From the NCBI GenBank assembly GCA_001949185.1, contig BDGG01000012.1, positions 984,973 through 1,048,972 of the forward strand: a DNA stretch of 64,000 nucleotides. The letters are read 5' to 3'. The stretch comes from Ramazzottius varieornatus. Its lineage: Eukaryota > Animalia > Tardigrada. The notes below the pieces were generated by a model that saw nothing but the letters and a program-made list of their open reading frames with translations, did not search any database and was not told the origin of the DNA. The translations under genes were made by a program, and so were the position numbers. Shown here piece by piece: positions 39,170-50,403 of this stretch (position 1 is its first letter; every line of letters begins with the position of its first letter).

Positions 39170-39320
39170 TGTCCGAAAGCTAAGCTATCATTAGCTATGC
39201 TAGCCACTTACACGGTTTGTTCCGTTTTCCGCCATCCACCTCGCAGACCGAAAAAGCCTGCAAACAGCAAAAAACTTCAAAGAAGACCTCCAAGGTATAC
39301 AGTCGGGAATGGCTGTGAAA

Positions 39321-39402
39321 GTAGCTCAGAGCGTTAGAGGTATTAGAACGAGAAGATTCAATCAAGAAAGATCAGTCTAGACAACGTTCTGTCATCATAC
39401 AC
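39321..39402 (-). ncRNA. Box C/D snoRNA; guides probably antisense to 18S UCUAGAUAAC and (C)GUUAGAGGU
   Basis: C AUGAUGA (39398-39392), D' CUGA, C' UUGAUUG, D CUGA (39329-39326), short terminal stem. Confidence 0.85.
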
Positions 39403-39554
39403 TGGGTGAACTGGCAGAAAGGACTTCAACTGTACTCTTACCGAAAGAGCCAAATTCAGCGCAAAGGTTTCCGTCAAGTCGGTTCTGTAAGGAAAACATT
39501 CCATGGTCACTTTCCTCACACTGGAAGTTACGGTTATCAAGTAAGAAAGCATCG

Positions 39555-39628
39555 AGGTTTTCAGTGAAAATAAACCACTCGTCACAAACATCAGACTGGG
39601 GCGGTATACTTCTTCATCCTTAAATCCT
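39555..39628 (-). ncRNA. SNORD31: Box C/D snoRNA, U31/SNORD31-like (28S Gm4166 / yeast Gm2619-equivalent guide)
   Basis: UACCGCCCCAGU-CUGA, identical to the recalled human U31 guide plus D' box and antisense to 28S ACUGGGGCGGUA. C' GUGACGA, D CUGA, variant C box AGGAUGA. Confidence 0.9.
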
Positions 39629-39662
39629 TGTGAACTCTGCAAACGCTGCTCAACCTTACCGA

Positions 39663-40314
39663 TCAGCGATAGAGCTTCAAGTGGGCAAAGTGTTGCTGCA
39701 CTGTCTTTTTCTTGTATGGCTTGACTGCGAGGCAAGTTGGAATGTTTTCGGGCTGCTCGATCCAAAGCTTGTGCTCCACGCTGTGCAACTTCAGCTTTTC
39801 GGCCAGATCGTGGAGAACTTTCTCGTCAGCAGCCTGTGAAAACAGCAAGCGTCAATCAACTGACTCAAAGCAGCCATCAATCCACCTGAAATATTGTGCA
39901 GGATGACTCTTTCCTTGAACACACTTTCAGAAATAAGTGGTATCAACTGTCATGCAGACCATATGAAACACAGGCATGTCTCGATCTGCATGCATCAAAC
40001 GCAAATTACAACATCATAGTTGAGAGACCATCCAGCCGGGAAAAGCCGATAAGACCTTCAAGACCCACTTCGGCCTGAACAGATAGATATTTGTCAGGTA
40101 TGACGTCTCATGAAAGGCTCACCTTCAGAACGCACTTGTGCATCCTGTCCAGGTCTGTAAGGTAGTTTCGGGTTTCGGCATCGTCTCGGAAGAGATGCAT
40201 CACTGCCGTCGCAGCATGGCAGCCTTGCGCAATCAGGGCTCCAGTGGGCCATTTCAGATCTCCTCGGATGACGATGTACTGGATCATGTAGTCCTCTTCT
40301 TCCCCGGCAGCCAT
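39663..40314 (-). CDS. PTRHD1: Peptidyl-tRNA hydrolase domain-containing protein 1 (PTH2 family)
   Basis: MAAGEEEDYMIQYIVIRGDLKWPTGALIAQGCHA...MHKCVLK / AADE...HKLWIEQPENIPTCLAVKPY...LKLYR*. Coding intron 40122-39834; probable 5'UTR intron at about 40450-40337. Confidence 0.95.
39922..40021 (-). ncRNA. SNORD16: Box C/D snoRNA, U16/SNORD16-like (18S Am484-equivalent guide)
   Basis: AUGAUGUUGUAAUUUGCGU nearly matches recalled human U16 (AUGAUGUCGUAAUUUGCGU). The guide is antisense to 18S CGCAAAUUAC. Long internal hairpin between D' and C' as in U16; D CUGA at 39930-39927. Confidence 0.9.
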
Positions 40315-41128
40315 CGTGCTCTGCTCCCTCCAGAACCTACGAAAACAAATTCCCAGAGTGCCAGATGCACCACGTGGAATCTTCGTCGAGAAGAGGAACG
40401 TGGAACGCCGAACAACTGCCATATTTCAAAATCTGAAGACTGGTTCATACCTGCCCAGCTGGAAGTGGGAGGAGCAGTAGGATTGTTTTACAGAGTCGTA
40501 CTGTCCAAGTCGCCGTATTTAACGATTTGTCCGAGGAGGTCTAACATTGTAACTAATACAAAGACCGCAACCTCTCGGCGCTTCACACGGTGAACCTATT
40601 CCCCTTAAGAAGGCGTTCAACTCGTTCTGATTGGTCTACAAATCATAGGCCCGCTCCATACGTCTCCAGTTTTGATTCTTGATTGATTTGTCAGAAAAGG
40701 ACATTCGCGACTACATCTCCGTGTGCCAGCAAGACAACTGTCTCCTTTCAGGTACCGTGAAGTCAACTTCGTATGTAGGAGGATGGGAGATTCAACAAGC
40801 ACCGGATGCAATAATCTACGGGAGCGCAGGTGATGGTCTTCGCGTTGACGGCAGGTGAGTGCGAGGTGGACGCTAATCTCGTAAAGTTTACTTTCGCAGC
40901 GATTCTGCTCATGTGCTTTTGCAGGCTTCAAAGTCCAAGCTCCGGCTGAACCATCTTGCCTGCACTTACTCTTGCAGCGTTGGTTGTTCGTGTGTGTCGA
41001 TTCGGACATGAGGAACACGTGAAGGAACAAGTGCAGTGCATGTCACCGGGTGGATTCCGAACGTTTCCTGCGACTGGTAAAAGATCATCGTCGTCGCTCA
41101 GAATTTAAATCCTGCTGGAAAGCTCGCC

Positions 41129-43924
41129 ATGGACAAGTTGTTTATCTCGCACGGTGGACTGTCGTCGCTATGCTTCGATAGGAACGCATTCTTCCAGGTC
41201 AGAATTGCAGTACTCAATATGGCCAGAGTGGTGCGTATAGATGCATAGCTTAGTCGGTGGCCACCATTCGCCAACCTGCTGTTTTTGCTTGCAGGACAGT
41301 TTCAACGTGGACTCCTTCCTGGGCACACATACGCAACGTGGCATAACGTTAGAAGTCCTGAAGGATGATCTGGCAACATACAGGAAGATACTACAGTCAG
41401 CACTTGTCCAGTTAATTGACAGAGAATATGTGGATTTCGTTCACTTATCGTCCAGCTTGGTAAGGTAGTAACACTTGTTCGTTCCCTCGAATTAGAGCTG
41501 TCCACAGTTACTGTACTCCCGCGATACACACGCCATACTTCCCTCTGTATTAGGAAAAGTAGTACTGCAAGTAAAAAAGTGACGAAGTGGCGGAAGATTC
41601 CTCTTTAGAGTACAGCTTTTCGACTGATTATTGATTCAATAAAGTTCAAATTTTCTGCCCCCGGGAGGTGCACATTCCTGACGTACGTACGAGTATGGCG
41701 TGTGTATCGCGGGAGTACAGTACTTCCATGTGGCTGACGTGCGATGATCTACGTGCAGGTGGGACTTGATAAAGGTATCGAGAAACTGAAGGCGCCGGTG
41801 GAAGACCAGCTATCGCGGCTGCAGGTAAACGACACTCGTGTTTCCTTTTGCATTGGTCTCTTCATTAGAAACTATTAATAGAATCTATCAATTGTCGTTC
41901 ATAGGACTGCTTGCTGAACGTGTCGTCATACGTCAACAGCTTGAACTCCAAGCTACAAAGAAGGAGGGCGATAGAGGCTGAAAAGAGGAGCCTGACCTCG
42001 CTGACGACCGTCATGGTCTGTATGGAGAAGGTCGTCCACCTAGACCGACGTCTTTCCGAAGCGCCTTCCAGCCAAAGTCGCTTGCCTATCCTGTACCGCT
42101 TTTCCGACCTGCTCTCAAGAATATCGCGGGAACGCGGGATGGTCGAGAAAACTTCGTGGTACTCTGCAGCCGAGGAGCAGCTCAACCTGATGGACCAGTG
42201 TTTCGATAAATTCTTGTCGGCAGACCTGCTGGACGCTTTCCGATCAGCGGATGTCAAAGCTTGTCACACCTACTGCACGATATATGGCCATCTTGGAAGA
42301 ATACCTCGAGCTAGAGAAATCGTGGCGACTAATTTAATTCATCCGATACTCTTATCAGTAAGACTTGCTTAGTCAACCAAATGATTTCCAGTCTTTATCG
42401 AAAACGTTTCTGATGTTTCTTCCTTCCTTGGCAGGTTGTAAGAGAGAATGGATTCAAGAAGGCATGTTTCTCCGTCCTTTTGGACGACCTCCTAGCAGTG
42501 GTGGAAGAACGATTCTACTTCCTAGTTTACTTCTCAGAAGTGGACTTCGTTTTAGGGTCTTTATGGACCTGTTTAGTTAGTCTGCTGTGTGAAGACAGCC
42601 TGAACGTCCACTTTGTCCCAGACCGAGCCGAACAGTTCCGGGGAAACTACTTGGCAGCTAAGAGTTTTCTAGATCGCTTCGTTCGGTTGTACAGCAGTAA
42701 TCAAGAAGAGTTCGCCGAAGCGTTCTGGAAGCACCCCGCCACGAAGACCTTCATGGATAAATGGTCACTTCCGGTCTACTACCAAGTCAGGTTCCTGGAG
42801 ATCGCCACTCCGGTCGAGAAGGAATTTGGAAAGCCTATCCAACGCTTGAACAACACTGAAAAGGTACTTGAAATCTGTCTTGTAATATATGGTTTTGGTC
42901 TAGGTTCTCTAGGAATATCGACCGTTTTAGGGAAGTATCCGGCTGAGTATGACGGAGGCTGTATGGAACGCCATAGAACGGTGCTGGAGCGATGAAGTCT
43001 GCTTGCCTGAGCTCATTCACCGGTTCTGGAAATTGACATGTCTAATACTGGCTCGGTATCACGCTTGGTTGAAGCAACTGGACACTGGGCAAGCGGAGCT
43101 GTTACCTGATATCCTGGCAGACCTGAGCAGCCTCCAGTTGCGGGCCGTCACTCTACCTTCAGAGCACGTGAAGAATTTCCTAGGTACCGATGAGAATAGG
43201 ATGGCGGTAGTCAGCGCGGTTCTCACTGAAAGCATAACCGATGCACTGAAACCTCTGAAAGATGTCCAACGCGAGCTTTTAGAACGACTGGCTGTTCTCG
43301 CCGCCGAACAGACGATGGATATCGTCAAGGCAGTGCAGGAGATTCCTCGGATGTACAGACACACTAACCGTGATGTGAGTATGGCATTGGTCTTCACTTT
43401 CTGTCCTTACGCTAACCTTGTCTTGGTTTTTCTGTCTTAGACGCCAACGGCTCATTCCGGATACGTGGACGACGCCTTCGCCGTCCTCACCGGCAGACTG
43501 AGCTCTATAGCAGAACTTGATGCGGAACAGCTGCAGTCTGCTTACGACATCGCGACCGTCCAAGTAGTGAAACGCTTCTGTGGTTTAGCTTCTGACTTAC
43601 TGGACGCGGTAAAACGGATGGAGGGAAGCCTCAAGAAGCTGAGGAAGACTCGCGCAACAGGCTCTGAGAGTACTGGTGGGCTCAGCGATGACGATAAGAT
43701 TCGTCTACAAGTTGCACTAGATGCAGACCGAATGATTTCATGGGTATATCCCATAGTTCGAATTCAGTTTATGTTCATGTAATGTAAGAACGGAAGAACT
43801 ATGTCAATTGACGGTTAGTACTACATTTCAGATCCAACGATTGAATGCCAGCGGAGACATTCTTGATGAGCTGAGCAATGTGAAAAGAAGAACGGTAACA
43901 GACAAACAAGAGCAAGAGTCATGA
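41129..43924 (+). CDS. COG2: Conserved oligomeric Golgi complex subunit 2
   Basis: 'LCFDRNAF', 'FNVDSFL', 'LVQLIDREYVDFVHLSSSLVGLD', 'KWSLPVYYQVRFLEIA', 'HRFWKLTCLILARY', 'EIPRMYRHTNRD', 'GLSDDDKIRLQ'. Confidence 0.93.
41511..41720. mobile_element. MITE (Tc1/mariner-type) in a COG2 intron
   Basis: Perfect 29-bp terminal inverted repeats CTGTACTCCCGCGATACACACGCCATACT, flanked by TA on both sides. Confidence 0.85.
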
Positions 43925-43963
43925 AAATTTTGAGCATTTCGTAACAAAAATGCGAAAGTTTGA

Positions 43964-45795
43964 TCATTCCGCTTTGAGCGATTCCTTTGATTGATTTTCG
44001 GTTGCGAAAGTTGCGTCACCGCCTGCCTTATCTACGGTTGGTAATACCGGTGCCTTCGATGTTTTTACTTTTGGATATGTGTAATGCTTTTTCCATGTTC
44101 TGAAATATTCTCCGGTGAAGGACCAACAGTACCCAATGAAGAGCATTGTGCCAATGCCCGTTGCTGAGTTTCGAATAATGAGTCTGTTCAGTAGCTGGAA
44201 GCCAAAGTTGTAGTTCTCGCCTAGAAAGAACATGTTGGACAGAATGCACAGGACGATGATTGGAGAGTTGAAGATGGCTTGTAGATGCTGATGCTTGATG
44301 TGTTTGTAGACTAGGCCCTCGAGAAGTAGCAGACTCCAGTTCATGACAATCCAGCAGGTGATGTGTTTACTGAAGCCGTGCCAGACGGAGATGAAGGCGA
44401 AGCAGCCCATAGAACTGAAGACTTTTCCGACGTTCTTCTCGGCGAAGGGGATGTAAATGTACTGCTTGAGGAAAACGTATAGACCGTGGTCGAACCATTG
44501 CCACATTAGCGAGTAACGATGACACCAGGATGTGCAGATGGGAAGTTGGGCGTAGTCGATACCGTTGATGATCGTAAAGAACCCGGCGGTACCGTAGAGC
44601 ACTACGTACTTGTAGAAGAAAAACCGACCTACAAAAGTACTCCAGTCAAAGCTTCGTCAAAACTAATGTCGATTATTGTCTGGGATCTCGACAACCAAAC
44701 TCAACAAAATCGCTTTTCCAAGTGGCGCACGGAAACTGACTGCGAAAATGCGCCAAAATAAAAAACGACCTTGTTTGCGTGCTGGATTTCCATCTCTTTC
44801 CGACCTTACCTAGTGCAAAGCTATTTCCCACTAAACTCCATAGGTCCGTCGTTTGAGCATAGCGCTGGTCATAGCGAGTCGAGAACGGATAGTGGATATG
44901 CCCACCCACTTCGTATACTGCAAGGGCCCCAAAGACCTTGCCGACCAAGCCGAAGAGCTGCTTGTTTGTGGTGATCCTCGGAGTCTTGAGCTTCTCGCAG
45001 AAGGTATTATACGGGATGATGGGGCCAACCATGAAGCACGGATAGAAGAAGTTGTACTTGATGAAGCTGAGTAGCGTCTGCAGAGGTCGCTCGTCCACGC
45101 TGGCGTCCAGAATATCCACATAGTCGAACCCGAAAGAAATACAACGCGCTACCAGGAAGCAGGCTGTGCACTCAAAGCGGAAATGATCCCACATATCCCC
45201 TTCGTCGAACAGGGCATCCATCGGCAGGGCGTATCGCGCGAAGCACAAAACCTGTAAGACAACATTCTCAATATAAGATATGGGAAAGTACTTCGCGAAA
45301 GCCTATAATAATTACCGCAGCCAACGCCCATATGAGGAGACGAACTCTCGCAAGCGCCACCACGAAGAATATTCCCGTAAGAGCTAGGTGAAAAGTGACG
45401 GCGTTGACGCCCAAAAGAGCTGTACAAGCTATGAGGTCGAGAGCTAGTAAAACATCCGATAAGCGACTGAATCCGCGCAGTAACTGTCGGAGAGCCGTGC
45501 GAGCCAGCATGAACCCGAGAATCTCGGTGGCTTCCTGCTTCCAGAAGATCCATTCCACGTCGCCGTAGTCTTTGTACGACTTTTCGGTGATCCATCCTTT
45601 GTCCACATGATGAAAGTAGTTGCGAGATGCTCTAGAAGAAAGGGTGAAGCGAAATGTGGCGTAGAATTTTGCAGCGAGCAGGAAGAAGAGACAGATCCCA
45701 AAAGGCACATCAGGCGGACGACCTTCAAAGGCGACTTTTGATGGGAGGAAATATTTAATACGTGCTACGAGTTCGCTATCTGTGTGCCGAGCCAT
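43964..45795 (-). CDS. HHAT: Hedgehog acyltransferase (MBOAT; HHAT/rasp)
   Basis: 'DYGDVEWIFW', 'RCISF', 'YNFFYP...GPIIPY', 'YSLMWQWFDHGLYVFLKQYIYIP', 'FISVWHG' with the catalytic His present. Three exons. Confidence 0.9.
44708..44772. repeat. Palindromic CAAGTGGCGCA element in an HHAT intron
   Basis: CCAAGTGGCGCACG...TGCGCCA. Confidence 0.65.
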
Positions 45796-46747
45796 CGCAG
45801 TTTATGAAAATAGGCAGAGAACTCCCAGGGCAGGAGCACGGATCCTCAGCAAACCATTACTATCAAGTTCGATCGAACACGGCGGGTCAGGTGCGCCACC
45901 GCATTGAGGTGGATCAGCAACAGAACACCGGGATTCTGTAAAAAGCACACGCAGACGATCGGCACAAAGTTCAGAATGAAATTAAAATACTCATGGGCGA
46001 ATCAGGTCAAAAGTAGATTTAGTATCTTTTGTTAATTAACTCCCGTTCAGGATTTATCACAAACTCAAGCCAGTTCAACCAGCCCAAGGAACGTTAGCTA
46101 CCGTGAACGAGCCGCGAAAACGTTCCGAACATACGCCCAATAGCCTTGCTTCGCTATAGACGTTTTCCAGACCACGATATACAGAAAATGTTACCAAATA
46201 ATTCCTGTCGTGAAACAAACCTGCTTCCGGAGTCTATCGTAGTCAATACTGTGATCGCTATCGATGTCGGAAGTTCGTGGGACAGTAAGCGAACCCAACA
46301 CCCCCTAATTCCAGCGCGGCCCTGACCGTCTCAGTGCGCATCTCGTGTGAGTTTTACGCATCCGATCAACATCGCATTTTCGCCACAATATTTTCATGCT
46401 TTCGGATAATGCATCGACCATAAATGTCTGGAATTGACCCAAAACTGTGGACTGCGGGATGTCACCGTTCAAAGAACTTCAGAGTTCAGACTTTGATTTT
46501 AACTGCTAAATCAATGCAGGCGAAACGGAGCGGTTCGTACGTGGCGCAGAAGGGAGAGCGAAGCGGTTTAATACTAGAGTGTACCGCGTGTGACGTCATC
46601 TCCGTCGCGTCTGTTTATCGGCTTGCTAACCGTGCATACAGCATGTCTGACTCTTCTCTGCCACAGCCATTGCAATAATCTCAAGTAGTGTTGTAGTTTC
46701 TTCCGGATATCAACGATTAGCTCACCTTGGATTCCACGGGGGACAGA

Positions 46748-49700
46748 ATGGACGTCGACGAAACTGCTGGATCCAGGTAAGACAGTACGGGTTATACTGA
46801 ATAAACTTTACATGTATAGGGCGCCACCATCTTGGAAGAAGAACCATGGGGATTCGCCAGATGGCGTCAAACAGCAAAAAAAGTTGATGTACAGGGGCGC
46901 TGTACTCGCCATGTCCTTCTCGCCAAATGTTTCAGGTTTTACAATACCTTTCAGCAGGAGGCTGATGGAGATCAGAGGATCAAAATGGTCAAATGTGGAC
47001 TAGGGATTACGACAGCCATCTTGATGTGTTCCAGAGGAGAGCGTTAACCCTGCTGATTCCTAGACGGGCGCAGAGAGAAACACGTTGAAATGCCTTTGTT
47101 GACAGCGTTTTGTGTTACCCCTGGGTTGCTCTTTTCACAGGACAGGATGTATCATCAGATGTAACCAATAGAACGCAATTTTCGATCTTTTTCAGAAAGG
47201 CAAAATGTTTTTCCCGTCGATGAGGACAGGGAGAATGGTGACGCTGTATGGTTGATTGTTATTGGCTGATTTGGTACGAACTAAGGGGGTGAAGGGTTCA
47301 CCCCTGACTAGCCAGTCCCCCTGCTGCTGGACGCAATAGAAGACGATAAAAACACGGAAGTCCCCAGTAAACGCTTTTCTTGCAGTGCGAATACCAGCAT
47401 GGACACTAGCTTGAACAGCGGACAAGAAGAACAAGCGGAGCAACCGAAAGAAGCAGCGAAACAATCTGCGGATGCGGAAATGGCCGAGGACGTTTCAGTT
47501 GCTGCACTGGAGGACTCTGTAGCGAACATCACTTCTAACGCGGACTTGGAAAAGGAGACTTCTGGCCAGAACCAAGCTTCCTCGTCGACGGAAGCTGCGC
47601 CAAGTGCCTCAGGCACTAGTACCAACAAAGAAACCAGTGAGTGTAGTTTACCCCTCTTACAGATCTCGGACACCGGAAGTTAGCTGCGTTTACGTGTTTA
47701 ACATCTGACTCTTCTAGGTGGATCTGATCAAGCTTTCCAACACGTAGAGCTGCACATCGTCGATTCAGACGAGGAGGCTGCGGAACTGCGCAAGAAGTTC
47801 CTGGGTCTGGAAGACCAGAACGTCCACCTGCTGGCATGCGCGAAGGAGCTGAAAGTGGAGGGTCTGGTCCCCACACAGATGGACGCAATGGCCGGAAACA
47901 CTCCGCTGTTCACCTACGTCCTTTCTACCGACTACATGGGTGCTGCTCAAGAAATAGCTCGGTCTTTGGTGTCTGGCGTTGAAGCTGCTCAACAAGAGCT
48001 GCTTCAGCGTCAAGGACAACGAAGAACTCGAAGAGGAAACAAGAATAGTAAGATTAATGATTCAGTATGGATCTGTATTTTGGAAAAGTTCTTTATTTCT
48101 AGCGACTGCAAAGGAAGACAAGGCCATGGAGGTGTACGACTTCGACGACGACGTTGAAAAGCCCACGAAGACACGGAAACCGAAAAAGACACCAAAGAGA
48201 GCAGCCAAGAAACCCAAGAGCGACGATGAGGAGTACGTGGAAGAAGCCTCGGAAGTTTCGGACCAAGAAGGCTCGAAAGATTCAAAAGTCAAGCCCGGAG
48301 TTGAAAAGAAGAGCAAAGCTGGCAAAGATATGAAGTGTCTATACTGTGAATATGTCAGCAGCAAGAAGTACCTGCTCATTCGCCACATGCGATGCCACTC
48401 AGACGAGTAAGTCCGTCAAAGAGTCTTTCACCATACATTAGGGTTTTTCCTGATTATCTGTTTCTTTTCTGCAGGCGTCCTCACCAATGCCCGCATTCCG
48501 GATGCAGTCGTTCCTTCAAGACTACGTCGTCGCTGCAGAATCATATGAATGTAAATCGCAGCTGTTCTGAATGCATTTAAGAGTGTAACTATAATAAGTT
48601 CGAAATCCGTCCTCTTCCAGACCCATAGCGGGACGAAGCCGCATGCTTGCAAGTATGATGACTGCGACGCTTCCTTCACCACCAGTGGAGAGCTGGTTCG
48701 TCATGTCCGCTACAAGCATACCCACGAGAAACCTCACAAGTGCACACATGAAGGCTGTGGGTATAGCAGCGTTGAGATGAGCAAACTGCGACGACATAGT
48801 CGAAGTCACACAGGTACATTCGGCTCCCATTGCAGGACCGTTCGAGCTAATCGTGAAGTGTAAATATAGGTTGTGCTGACCGTTCTTGCCTTTGCAGGAG
48901 AGCGTCCTTACAAGTGTCCTCACTGCGATTACGCTAGTCCGGACACTTACAAGTTGAAGCGACATCTCCGCGTCCATACTGGAGGTGAGTGATAAGATGA
49001 ACAAGGAAAGACGGACATCGAACATTATTCGAGCGTTCTTCACTGTCCTGTTCACTATTCGAAACTTTTTACAGAGAAACCATACGAGTGTGATGTCTGC
49101 CACCACAAGTTCACACAAAGTAACAGTATGAAAGCCCACCGAATGATCCATGATGCTGTGAAACCAGTGTTTCAGTGTCAGTTCTGCCCCACAAAGTGTT
49201 CGCGCAAAACCGACCTGAAGATACATGTACAGAAGCTGCATCAAAGTGATGAGCCCATCGTCTGCAAGAAGTGTGACCAGACATTCGCCGACCGCTACTT
49301 GTACAATGTCCACCGCAAAACGGATCCGGTATGTGGTACGGTCTCCACCAGGGTTAAAGGACTTCACGCACCCCGGAAACGACAGAGCAGAAAGAAGAAA
49401 AGAGCTGCTGATGGCGAGTCTAATGGAGATGAGAAAGTCAACGGCGATGACGAAATGAATGGTGAAGCAGGTACAAATCTTGTGGAAAACAAGATCTCGG
49501 AAAAATACCAACACGAATATTTTCCTTTGTGGCGCACGTTTTTAGTGTTACTAGTCGAACGCGTGCGCCACTTGGGAAAGCGATCTTGTCGAGTTTGCCG
49601 AGCTCCCAGGGAAAATTTTTGTATACTTTTTACAGCATAACAGAGAAATCAAAAAACAGTCAAAAAATGTAAAACAGCTTAATTTGTGAACTGAACTTAT

Positions 49701-50403
49701 AAAATTCTTTAGGTAATAATGGCATGCCGGAAGTGGGAGAAACCGAGGCCGAGCCGGAACCCGGAAAGTCAGCTGGCTTCCTAGCTCAAGTTGCGGTGCG
49801 ATGTGTCCTGCCTGACGGTGGTTTTGTGGACTTTCTGCACAACGACGGTACTACGGATGATTCGCCCCAGCTCGTGACCGTTACTTCGTCGGCTCCGCTG
49901 TTACCAGTGATGGTTGAACCCGAGACCATCAAGGACTCACTGGCTGCACCCGAGCAACTGCTCGACCTGGAAAACACAACCAACGGTACCACGAATGACT
50001 CGACCATGGACACAACTACCGAAACTGTCGAAGCAGATGTCACTGTCGATGGGGAAGAAGAGGAAGAAGGAGAAGAAAGCGCTGCCGAGCAGACGGAGAC
50101 GGAAGAAGAAAGCAGCATGGATACGAGCGTCAATAATTCGGCCGCAGAAGACTGTAAGGATAAACCGGAAGTGAAATTGTCCAAGGTTGTTTATGCCAAC
50201 ATTCTGTCTTTGCAGCCGAAGCTTTTGCACCTCCAAAGAATGTGATCGTGATCGAAGGGGAGGAATACTTGCAGATGCTGCATGATGTTGGGTTAAAGGA
50301 CGGGGAAGCCTCTGCAATGACGGTTGTTGTAGCCGACGAGCTAAGTCAGACTAATCATTCTGACAATGTGACAGTTGAGCCAGCTGCTGAGCTGGTCTTG
50401 TAG
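46748..50403 (+). CDS. CTCF: CTCF-family zinc finger protein with 7 complete fingers plus a degenerate eighth
   Basis: 'EVYDFDDD' YDF motif; CTCF-specific fingers '[20 protein letters not shown]', '[12 protein letters not shown]', '[16 protein letters not shown]', '[10 protein letters not shown]', '[13 protein letters not shown]'. Exon phases are consistent from ATG 46748 to TAG 50403. Confidence 0.92.
49520..49615. repeat. Palindromic CAAGTGGCGCA element in a CTCF intron
   Basis: GTGGCGCACG...CGTGCGCCACTTGGGAAAGCGATCTTG. Confidence 0.75.

Larger units (their letters stand above)
36790..39662 (-). ncRNA. Multi-exon non-coding snoRNA host segment (spliced 3' extension of PTRHD1)
   Basis: Minus-strand exons 39484-39442, 39257-39212, 38976-38907, 38719-38677, 38483-38431, 38242-38184, 38017-37964, 37793-37750, 37558-37510, 37311-37268, 37066-37036 and 36836-?, each flanked by pyrimidine-rich YAG acceptors and GTR donors. 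Introns are 166-235 nt and each holds one snoRNA-like element. The 3' end is not located. Confidence 0.85.

Noticed and set aside
39442-39450. CTCTTTC as a TOP/TCT start site of an independent snoRNA host gene
   Set aside because: It lies in an exon with a good upstream acceptor (39485), and the U31-like RNA sits further upstream, so continuity with PTRHD1 is the simpler reading. Not fully excluded.
37399-39765. ORF-track ORFs over the snoRNA array (e.g. 38809-39183, 38966-39337, 39358-39765)
   Set aside because: They run through predicted introns and snoRNAs, mostly on the opposite strand, and show no protein motifs.
40315-40422. In-frame upstream ATG giving PTRHD1 an Arg-rich, mitochondrial-presequence-like extension
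   Set aside because: The ATG lies inside a well-formed 5'UTR intron (GTATGA at ~40450 to TTTTCGTAG at 40337), so it would need intron retention, for which I have no evidence.
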